NCBI RefSeq assembly: GCF_004010195.1
Contig: NC_057710.1
Location: forward strand, 149,852,877-149,872,876
Reading direction: 5' to 3'
From: Chiloscyllium plagiosum
Taxonomy: Eukaryota
DNA length: 20,000 nucleotides
This document shows, piece after piece, positions 11,097 to 20,000 of this stretch (position 1 is the first letter of the stretch; every line of letters starts with the position of its first letter). Under the pieces are notes generated by a model, which searched no databases, was not told the DNA's origin, and worked only from the letters and a program-made list of their open reading frames with translations. The position numbers and the translations under genes are program-made.

Positions 11097-11588
11097 ATAG
11101 AGTCATAGAGATGTACAGCAGGGAAAACAGACCCTTCGTTGCAACCCGTCCATGCCAACCAGATAAATTAAACTATTTACCAACATTTGGCCCATATCTC
11201 TTTAAGCCTTTCCCATTCATATACCCATCCAGATGCCTGTTAAATGTTGTTATTGTACCAGCGCCCACCACTTCCTCTGACAGCTCGTTCCATACATTCA
11301 CCACCCTCTGTGTGAAAGAGTTGCCCCTTAGGTCCCTTTTATATCTTTCTCCTCTCATCTTAAATCTATGCCCTCTAGTTTTGGACTGCACCACCCTGGG
11401 TAAAAAACCTTGGTTATTCACCATATCCATGCCCTTCATGATTTTATAAACCTCTATGAGCTCATACCTCAGCCTCTGATGGTCCAGGGAAAACAGCCCC
11501 AGCCTATTCAACCTCTCCCTATAGCACAAACCCTCTAAATCTGGCAACATCCTTATAAATCTTTTCTGAGCCCTTTCAAGTTTCACAA
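11097..11588 (-). mobile_element. CR1-clade LINE 3' fragment (HER1-like)
   Basis: ORF 11173-11625 encodes VKLERAQKRFIRMLP.LEGL.YRERLNRLGLFSL...TRGHRFK...FTQRVVNVWNEL...TFNRHLDGYM. The 3' tail reads GCTGTACATCTCTATGACTCTAT. Confidence 0.92.
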
Positions 11589-12051
11589 AACTTCTTAAAA
11601 TAAAAATTACGGAGAAATTTGACATTCCACAAATACAAAACTAACTTTACAGGATCAGTGAGGACATTTAACAACGTTTATGAAGTTAGCATGCCACTGA
11701 AAATCCAGTTATGCCTTATTCAACAGATACAACTTTTTTCAAGTGTTTCAGCACTGAGACTAACTAAGTAATAGAAGATGTTCTCATCAATTCTGTTGAT
11801 TTCTATTGACTGAAATCTGGGTTGCATCAACAGTGTGGGGATATAAGAAAACAGTGTGATTGAGCCAATGCTGTATAACAGTTAAAAATACAAGAAAACA
11901 ACTCATCTGATTGAGATAATATCTTATAACAATTACATTTGTTTCTGCTGCTAATAGTGACAGAGTGTCGAACAGCTTATCTAAACACATACACAAGCTA
12001 GCACAAACTGGACCTAACCAATGTTACAAGGGTTCAAGTTAAGTGACTTAC

Positions 12052-12291
12052 TGTTGGAATGTCATGTTGTAATTGGCTTATTGAGCTGCTAAGGCTTGAA
12101 AATGAAATATAATTAAGATAAAGCTATTAGCATCTTAATGTTTAAAAATGTAAGCCAAACTTAGAATCAATGTTGTTACACTCTTACTCTCGGCAATCAG
12201 AATATAATTGTCACTGCTTCTTAATAAAAATTCTCTAATTTTTACCGATTGACGACTGGTTATTCTCAGTAGAAAAAGAGAGTATCCAACA
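12052..12291 (+). repeat. ERV 5' LTR (about 240 bp)
   Basis: 7-bp terminal inverted repeat TGTTGGA (12052-12058) ... TCCAACA (12285-12291), AATAAA at 12223-12228, and a PBS 3 nt downstream. An alternative start TGTTA at 12022 cannot be excluded without the 3' LTR. Confidence 0.7.
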
Positions 12292-12294
12292 ACT

Positions 12295-12312
12295 TGGCTT
12301 AGTCGGCAGGAT
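12295..12312 (+). promoter_or_regulatory. tRNA-Ser primer-binding site
   Basis: TGGCTTAGTCGGCAGGAT matches TGGCGTAGTCGGCAGGAT, the complement of the vertebrate tRNA-Ser(AGA/UGA) 3' end, at 17/18. The match extends with TC. Confidence 0.9.
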
Positions 12313-12364
12313 TCACAAAGATTGCAGAGACCCTAAGAACATCCTGTACACCGATCAGCGCTCC

Positions 12365-12373
12365 TTGGTAAGG
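12365..12373 (+). promoter_or_regulatory. Putative retroviral major splice donor
   Basis: TTG|GTAAGG about 55 nt downstream of the PBS, the usual position for the env splice donor. Confidence 0.45.
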
Positions 12374-13502
12374 ACTTCTCTTTTAATAAAAGTCCATTTG
12401 TGCAAAGGATTTTCAGGGACAGTCCAATGCGATTCTATTAAAATAACCTTATCGCCAATAGGAAATGTGAGCCAATAGCAAAAACTAGATGTCTGGACGG
12501 TCATAAAAGGACTACAGCCCCACAAACAGGCCCAATGGCTCTAATATCAGAAACATAAAAACATTATTCAAAATATCTAAATCTTAGTTGTGGATGACCG
12601 ATAAAGGTGGTCAGGCCCTGTCCAGTATATCTGAGGATGAACTTCTTCAAAATTTAAAATAATATATTGAACAACAATTTGAACTCTCTACGATGCTGAC
12701 TGAAATCTGCTAAAAGTATAGAATGTCCACAGGGTGATGGCTCCTGGATGACATTTAATGTGTTTGGGGCAAAACTACCCAATGAAAAGACAAGGAATGG
12801 ATTTGCTGGTCTTTATGTGTAACGCAATAAGTCAGAAAGCGATAAAAAATTATTGAGAAATGTCATCATGACCGCAAAATTAATAATCTAAAAGACCACT
12901 TAAAAGTGGTCTGTGCTAAATTAAAATCTGCTAAATTCAAACTTTAAAATGAAAGGGAGGCAAACACCAGCTCCAGCCCACCTAATGTTCCATCACCTCG
13001 TCATTATCCAGTGCCTCTCCTGCTTCTCAGTACTCGGAATGAGATCCTGAGGTCTGAGCTCCAAACTAAATTGAGGAACACAATTTTGATGACAGCGATT
13101 CTGATGATTCAGTTAATGAGAGCAAAAACCAACCGGCCTTTAATTTACACTGGTACAGATGAGGAGCCAGAAAGAAGAAAAAGCAAAATATGAAAAGGGT
13201 GTAGTAAAATGTGAATATACACAATGGACAGACCATAAACCTGCCAACCCCAAGTTGGTTAGAAGGTGGTCGAAAGAATTTGCCCATCCAAAAAAAGGAG
13301 GAATGAAAACGTGGAATGAAGCGGAAAACTTAAAAATATACACAGTATCCATCCTATGAATGGGGTACAGTATTGTCCATCACGGTAGGAGGTAAAACCA
13401 GCAGGAAACTTGTAAGGAAGGTGAGAAGAAAATCGGGAGAAAAATGGGAAAGACCTTGATGATGAATGGAAAGCTACTGAGATTGGTTGAAGGATTATGG
13501 CA

Positions 13503-13508
13503 CCCGGC

Positions 13509-13547
<39 letters not shown>

Positions 13548-13574
13548 CACCACCCCCCCCCCCCCCCCGCCCCC
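13503..13574 (+). repeat. Poly-C tract inside gag
   Basis: About 36 C (13510-13545), then GGCACCA, about 16 C, G and 5 C. CCCGGCAC occurs twice. Confidence 0.95.
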
Positions 13575-14070
13575 ACCTCTCAAAAGTGACTGGAGTAAGA
13601 TTTTGGTTTGTCAGCAAAGAGGCAATAAGGAATTGAGAGATTATATGGAGTGTTTCGTGGCAGTCTGAATCGAACACTCTGGACGAGTTAGATCATTGTA
13701 ACTTTGCATCCCTTAAATCCGCTTTCGCTGTGGGACTAAAATTAGACTTAGCAAAGATGTTAAAAGTTATGATCCCAGATTGGGAGAACAGTGGAAAGAC
13801 ATGTGGAGAAATAGTTGAGGCTGCAAATCATCTTGAAATATGGAATCCAAATCGAGAACTATACAGACTGTAGTAACTACACCAGAGATTTCAGCAGTTA
13901 GATGCCCAGACAAATGTCATAATTGTGGCCGAGAAGGAGTTTCTGGTTCAAAAAGAAAATGACCATGGGTAAATCCACTTCTAAACTGGAACCTAAAACC
14001 CAGAAAAAACCCTCTGGCCAAACAGGCTTTACTGGAACATGTCAAGGGCTGTCTCCTGAGCAACAGGAGG

Positions 14071-15655
14071 TAACCTGCTTCATTACCAACGGCATCAACT
14101 TCTCATCAAGATCTGGATAAACGACGACATACCAGCAGACCTTTGAGACTCAGCAATCATTACCATCTACAAAAGGAAAGGCGATTGATCTGAATGTGGA
14201 AACTATCGTGGAATTTCCCTGTTAGCAACAGCAGGAAAGATTCTCACCTATGTCATGAATAACTGGCTCATGAATAACTGGCTTCTTTAGCCAAGAAGAT
14301 CCTTCCAGAGTTTGGATCATCACGTGGAACAATTGGAATGATTTTCACTGTGCAACAACTACAAGAAAAATGTCATGAACAACTTCAACCTTTGTATATG
14401 GCACTCATCAACGTCACCAAAGCCTTTGAACCAGTAGGATCCTATAGGATGTCCTATCCACCTATGGATGCCCTGGAAAGTACATTTGAATTCTGAGACT
14501 CCTCCAAGATGGCATGCTTGCCACAGTTATAGTGAGCAACAGTAAGTGCCAGCCTTTTCACGTCAGATCAGGAGTAAAACAGGGATGCGTGATTACCCCA
14601 ACTTTGTTCACCATCTTTACTGCGACAATCATCCACATCATCAAGGACTTCATACCCCCAAGAATCAAAACTGTCTACAGAACAGTTGGCATACTTTTCA
14701 ATCTTGCCTTTCGTAAGTCCAAAAACAAGACATCTATGAGTTACCCAATCGAGTTCCAATACGCAGCTGACAACAGTGTTGCAACTCTCTCAGAAATCCA
14801 CCTACAACAGATTCTGACTGCCTTCAACTGTGCATACGTGAAACTTGGACTTACCATTAATTCCAAGAAGATTCAGATCATCAATCAACCATCACCAACT
14901 GAGATAAATCGGATAGAACCATCAATTCAACTTGGCGAAACAACCCTGGAAAACATGGACCACTTTCCGCATCTTGGAAGTCACCTCTCCTCCAATGTCG
15001 ACCTTAATGACGAGATCCAACATCATCTTAAATGTGCTGGAACAGCTTTTGGAGTCTCCAAACAAGAGTCTTTCATGATCGTGATATCCAGACAGACACC
15101 AAAATGTTAGTGTACAAAGTAGGGGTGATCCCAACATACCGATTACATCTGAAGGCACTTGAATGAAGTGCCTTTGAAACATCTTGAATATCAGCTTGGA
15201 AGAACCAAGGTCAGCGTGCTGAATGAAGCAAAAACAACAAGCATTGAAGCCTATGTCATCAAGAACCAACTAATTTGGAGGGGTCATGTTGCTCGGATGA
15301 AAGAACACACATCTGCTGAAAAATCTACTCTCAGCTTAAGAAAGGCAAATGTAAAAGTGGCGGACAACAGAAGAGATTCAAAGATGTTTTAAAAGCCAAC
15401 ATGAAGAAATGTTCATCGACATCAGCAAATGGGAAATCAATGCCAAGGACAGGAAACTCTGGCAAACCATCATCCAAGAAGGAACAGCAAGTTTCTAAGC
15501 CAACAGATGTGCAGAACTAGAAGAAAAGAGAAGAAAACGGAAAGTGAGACAGCAAAACAACCAAAGCCTGGATTGGACTTATAAGCCACCTGAGAGCCCA
15601 TAAGTAGATCAATGGAATGAAGACCATCATCCTCGACCTCAAGGGATAACTATGA
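14071..15655 (+). mobile_element. 5'-truncated RTE-clade LINE inserted in the ERV
   Basis: HQLLIKIW..DDIP.D..DSAIITIYKRKGD.SECGNYRGISLLATAGKIL, then GVKQGCVITPTLF...QYAAD...LGLTIN.KK...HFPHLGS (ORF 14514-15110) and QLIWRGHVARM. The 3' end ATCATCCTCGACCTCAAGGGA is RTE-like. Confidence 0.9.
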
Positions 15656-15736
15656 CTGAAACGCATTAAGGGACTGTCGCCTGACCAACAGGAAGCTCTC
15701 TTAAACCTCACTAAACTAGAACAGGCCCACTCTTAG

Positions 15737-18268
15737 CCTCTTTGTTTTATAGCTTTAGAAAAACGGTCAGATAGCTGTTATGTTTCAATGGGGATGGGTG
15801 ATTGAGAAATTGATTGTGTTTTGGATACTGGAGCTGAATTGATGTGTTTGCCTTTAAGTGATGGAAGTAATTTGCCCTTTCTTGAGTGGAGGACTGCACT
15901 TGGAGTAGGGGAGAAAAGGACTAATTCTCAGAAAACCACAACCATTACCAAATATGATTGGGGCCACAAGAGATCTTGGTGTCTGTATGGGTTGCACCTG
16001 TACAACAAGCCCTATTGGGAATGGATGTCTTAATCCAGATAAGTTCATCATTTTGAGGATGATCATGTTATATGGTCAATACAACATTCTTCCTAAACAG
16101 GAAGAATGGCAGAATCAACTGATTTGGGTGAAGGATAAAAATGACTGCAGTCTGTTAAAGATGATCCTGGTCACTTCCACCAAAGTTGCCCCGCCATGTA
16201 CAGAACAAAATTAGTCCCGCATCCGTTGCTGGCATTTTACCTGTAATCAAATGATTAGAATAACAAAGTGTACTGGTAAAAGTCCATTGTTCATCTAATA
16301 GTTCATCTGGTATGGCCAGTTAAAAAGCTGAATGGAACCGGGCATCTGACAGTAGACTACAGGAGAACAAACTAGTGTATTGATTAAAAACCACTCTTGA
16401 TTGCTGATCCCTCTATCATTTTTAAGTCTCTCTCACCAGATCACAAATACTTTTTGGTGACAGACGTGGCCAATGGATTTTGGTCTGTGGGGTGCAATAT
16501 TGGTTTACTTTTATGGTCCAACAACAACAGTATACCTTGTTGTGTCTGCCAGAGCTTTCACAGTAGCCCTATTGTATTCTATATGGCTTTGCAAGACCAT
16601 TTGTCTCCATGGTAATTCAATACGTGGATGATATTCTAAGAGCATTACAGACGGAGGAGCAACATAGGGAGGATTTACGCATCCTCCTTGACCATTTACA
16701 CTCCTGTGGCCATAAGGCCAACTTTAAGAAGGGCCAAATTGCCCAAAAAGAAGTAGTATACCTGGGACAAGAGGATTTCAGCAGCAAAACATGAAATGAC
16801 CCAGGATAGGATAGCTGCTGTTTGGATAGCCAAAGAACCCACTACCATTCAGGAACTGAAATATTTTCTGGGCCTTTGTAATTTCAACTGAAATGGGATC
16901 GAAAGTTATACATAGTTAGCTCAGCCACTGAATAATCTTTTGAAAGGAAAGGGGGAATCCAAGGCATCTGTTACGCGCAACCCAGAGCAACATTCTGCCT
17001 TCCAAAAATTAAAAACATCTCTGTGCTCAGCCCCAGCTTTGGGCATCCCTGATAACAGGAAACCATTTCCTCTCTATGTTCACAAGAAGGACAGTCACTT
17101 GAAAGCTATACTCACACAGGAGCATGGTGACAGACAGCGACCCATTGGCTACTATTCCGCTCGGCTGGGTACAATGGTTCCAGGATGGGGCCGTTGCCTG
17201 AGAGCTGTGAAAGCTATGTGCAGGGCTTCAATTGCCACAGCACCCATTGTCCTTGATCAGAAGTTGATTATTAAGTGTTCTCACACAGTCCACGCAATGT
17301 TGTTCATCGTGATTCAATCGTGACTTCCAGATGACAGTGGCCCGGAGGATACACTGGACTACCCTCTTGGAAACCCCAAACTCTACCTCATTCGCGCTAG
17401 TCCGGTCAATCCTGCTACTCTGCTCCCACTTTCGGTGGATCACAAAGAAGGAGGAGGGGAGGAGACTGACAAGGTTGAAGAAGAACATGATTGTGTAGAA
17501 ATTCTACAACTCTTAGATGAGGCAGCAGAAGAGTCTTTGCAGAATCCTGGCCTAGTCCTTTTCACAAATGGGTCTTCAGTTGTTGAGAATGGCATTTGAA
17601 AAGTAGGCTGGTCCGTTACCACCTTACATGAAGTGATAGCTCTAGGCAGTTTGCCGTTGGGCACCTCCGCACAACAGGCAGAAATACAAGCACTTACAGA
17701 AGCCTGCAAAATACTGAAGGGAAAAACTGCAAATATTTGTATAGACTCCCGCTATGCATTTGGAGTAGCACATGATTTTGACCCTTGTGGCAGTAAAGGG
17801 GATTCCGGACACCTATCCAAAATGGGGATGAAATACAAGACCTCCTCAATGCCATACAGTTCACACAAGAAGTTTCAGTTTTGAAATGTAAAACTCATAC
17901 CCAACAGAACACTGTGGAAGCACAAAGCAATGCCCGAGCTGATTATGTGCCTAGAAATGAAGCTTTGCAGGGGAATCATTCTAGTGGATCTCCAAAACCC
18001 AAAATACAAACCCTCACAAACAAATTACAGGACTTAAAGACCAAGCAAGACCAAATGCTCTCAAGAGGAGAAATGGACATTGATTGAATTAAGTTATGCG
18101 AGGATGGTGTCTGGAGGCAAAGAGATACAGGTAAACCAGTTACACCATAAGCTTTAATGTCTTTCTTGGCACAACAGATCAATTCATGGGGACATCTGGC
18201 CCCTTTGCAAACGATGGCTAGGTTCCAAAAGAACCGGTGGGGAAGAAGGTTCAAGAAACATGCACAAC
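15737..18268 (+). pseudogene. pol: ERV pro-pol pseudogene: protease, RT, connection, RNase H, integrase N-terminus
   Basis: Protease LDTGAE (15821). RT: IWVKDKNDC, VWPVKK.NGT..LTVDYRRTN (about 16309-16372), KYF.VTDVANGFWSV, QYVDDIL (YVDD 16621-16632), FLGLCNF. Connection: RPIGYYSARL..GWGRCLRAV, NPATLLP (17408-17428), HDC. RNase H: LFTNGSS, SAQQAEIQAL, DSRYAFGVAHDF, KCKTH, NARAD. Integrase: QINSWGHL...WWG. Confidence 0.92.
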
Positions 18269-18340
18269 AAAGTTTGTGAGAAGATTTGTAGCTCGGGTGC
18301 TCGTTGCTGTGGTTCTGTTCGCCGAGCTGGAAATTTTTGT

Positions 18341-18381
18341 TGCAAACGTTTCGTCCCCTGTCTAGGTGACATCCTCAGTGC
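18341..18381 (-). ncRNA. Minimal type I hammerhead ribozyme motif in Penelope pLTR
   Basis: GCA-CTGAGGA-T-GTCACCT-AGAC-AGGGGAC-GAAA-C-GTT-TGC: intact core, stem I GCA/TGC, stem II with one mismatch, and palindromic AAACGTTT in place of stem III. Confidence 0.78.
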
Positions 18382-19918
18382 TTGGGAGCCTCCTGTGAAG
18401 CGCTTCTGTGGTGTTTCCTCCGGACATACAGAACAGACAACAGGACGTTGAACCTATCAACAAAGACTGCATACTTAAACTACTGGACTTGTGCCTCACA
18501 ACACACTTCACATTCAACAACCAGATATACGAACAAATCAACGGAACACCCATGGGCTCAAGCTGGTCGTGGCATTTCGTGGCTAGTTGATGTTCATGGA
18601 TGCGGATCGTTAGCTGTCTTCCTGTATGTCCTATATAGTGTTTTGTGCAGTCCTTGCATGGTATTTTGTACACTACATTAGTTTTGCTCATGCTGGGTAT
18701 TGGGTCCTTCGTTCTGGTGAGTTGTTGTCTGAGGGTGGCTGTTGGTTTGTGTGCTGTTATAAGTCCTAGTGGTCGCAGTAGTCTGGCTGTCAGTTCTGAA
18801 ATGCTCCTGATGTATGGTAGTGTGGCTAGTCCTTTGGGTTGTGGCATGTCCCTGTTCTGTTGTCTTTCTCTTAGGCATCTGTTGATGAAATTGCGCGGGT
18901 ATCCGTTTTTGGCCAATACCTTGTATAGGTGTTCCTCTTCCTCTTTTTGCAGTTCTGGTGTGCTGCAGTGTGTTGTGGCCCTTTTGAATAGTGTCTTGAT
19001 GCAACTTCGTTTGTGTGTGTTGGGGTGGTTGCTTTCATAGTTCAGGACTTGGTCTGTGTGTGTGGCTTTCCTGTATACCTTTGTGTGAATTCTCCGTTCG
19101 GTGTTCTCTGTACCATCACCTCTAGGAATGGGAGTTGGTTATCCTTTTCTTCTTCTCTCGTGAATCGGATTCCTGTTAGTGTGGCATTGATGATCTGGCG
19201 TGTTTTCTCTATTTCTGTGTTTTTAATGATTACAAAGGTGTCATCAACGTATCTGACCCAGAGTTTGGGTTGAATTTGTGGTAAGACTGTTCTAACCTTT
19301 GCATTACTGCTTCTGCTATGAGTCCAGAGATCGGTGAGCCCATGGGTATATCTAGTTGTTGAATGTGAAGTGTGTTGTGAGGCACAAGTCCAGTAGTTTA
19401 AGTATGCCGTCTTTATTGATAGGTTCCACGTCCTGTTGTCTGTTCTGTATGTCCAGCAGGTTGGCTATTGTTTCTCTGGCTAGGGTTTTGTCGATAGAGG
19501 TGAACAGTGAACAATGTATACAATCAACACAGGAATTCTTGGACATCATCAGAAATATACACATAGACAAGGAAGCAACTATGGTCTCATTCGACGTAAC
19601 GGCATTGTTACATTGAACATCAACTAGCCACGAAACTACACGACCAGCTATCCTTAGTAGCCACACACGCAGACGACAAGCAACATGAATGGTAGTGGGA
19701 CAACACTACCATTATAGGGCAAGCCAAACAAAGAACAGCCAGGGAATTCCTAGAAGCATGGCACTCATCCACAAACTCCATCAACAAACACATCGACCTG
19801 GACCCAATATACCGGCCACTACACCGGACAATTGAAACTGACAACCGGAAGCGGCAGGGACAGGCCACTATAAATGCCGGAGGAAACACCACAGAAGCGC
19901 TTCACAGGAGGCTCCCAA

Positions 19919-19958
19919 GCACTGAGGATGTCAACTAGACAGGGAACGAAACGTTTGC
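19919..19958 (+). ncRNA. Second copy of the minimal hammerhead motif (stem II weakened)
   Basis: GCA-CTGAGGA-T-GTCAACT-AGAC-AGGGAAC-GAAA-C-GTT-TGC, with two stem II substitutions relative to the 18341 copy. Confidence 0.68.
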
Positions 19959-20000
19959 AACAAAAATTTCCAGCCCAGCTCGGCGAACAGAACCACAACA

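Larger units (their letters stand above)
12594..15736 (+). pseudogene. gag: ERV gag pseudogene (split by RTE at about 14071-15655)
   Basis: Candidate start ATG at 12594 (MTDKGG...; uncertain). MHR-like DWSKILVCQQRGNKELRDYMECF at 13588-13656, LKSAFAVGLK...IPDWE at about 13713-13786, CHNCGREG knuckle remnant at 13915-13940. C-terminal KGLSPDQQEALL...EQAHS* ends at TAG 15734-15736. Many stops and frameshifts. Confidence 0.75.
12052..18268 (+). mobile_element. Degraded endogenous retrovirus (5' LTR-PBS-gag-pro-pol), interrupted by RTE and Penelope insertions; 3' part outside window or lost
   Basis: Collinear LTR, PBS, splice donor, gag MHR-like motif, zinc-knuckle remnant, DTGA protease, YVDD RT, connection (tether) domain, separate RNase H and integrase N-terminus. 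A connection domain plus a second RNase H indicates a retrovirus rather than gypsy. Confidence 0.92.
18269..20000. mobile_element. Rearranged Penelope-like element (Poseidon-type RT plus GIY-YIG) with inverted pLTRs
   Basis: RT motifs MVSFDVTALF, HFTFNNQIYEQINGTPMGS and LWVRYVDDTF, then NGYP and LPYI, and GIY-YIG VVYKIPCKDCTKHYIGHTGR..RIHEH (ORF 18362-18916). 18303-18423 is an inverted near-identical copy of 19877-20000. Confidence 0.92.

Noticed and set aside
10940..11097. (AATCT)n repeat and AT-rich TTAATTAA palindromes
   Set aside because: SINE tail plus low-complexity sequence; no repeat-spacer structure, so not a CRISPR-like array.
11590..12050. Unassigned spacer and 69-aa minus-strand ORF
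   Set aside because: No recognisable motif, splice pattern or repeat structure.
13259..13677. Poly-Gly and poly-Pro ORFs resembling formin or extensin-like proteins
   Set aside because: Produced by the poly-C tract inside decayed gag.
14253..14282. Perfect 15-bp tandem duplication TCATGAATAACTGGC
   Set aside because: Ordinary slippage duplication within a dead RTE copy.
18362..18916. 184-aa ORF as a stand-alone GIY-YIG nuclease gene paired with nearby RTs (retron- or defence-like system)
   Set aside because: It is the normal Penelope thumb/endonuclease region fused to antisense sequence by rearrangement. Adjacency to the ERV and RTE RTs is explained by nested insertion.

Overview
This is repeat-saturated eukaryotic DNA with no recognisable host gene. 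The mix of HER1/CR1-type LINEs, a HE1/V-SINE-type SINE, Penelope-like elements and a Gmr1-type gypsy suggests a cartilaginous fish (shark); that is an inference from family resemblance. It contains four CR1 fragments, two older LINE remnants, a 5'-truncated RTE LINE, a tRNA-derived SINE, a decayed SCAN-gag/protease/integrase gypsy element, three Penelope-like insertions with hammerhead-ribozyme motifs, and two assembly gaps. The most notable item is a degraded endogenous retrovirus (about 12052-18268). It has a short TG...CA LTR, a near-perfect tRNA-Ser primer-binding site, gag, an in-frame amber gag/pro junction, protease, RT, connection, RNase H and the start of integrase. An RTE LINE interrupts it at the end of gag and a heavily rearranged Penelope element interrupts integrase. 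Its RT motif (DVANGFWS) looks spuma/SnRV-like while its connection and RNase H look gamma/epsilon-like, so its lineage is worth a phylogeny. I see no evidence for an intact, novel multi-gene system. All family assignments come from motif recognition by eye, not database searches.
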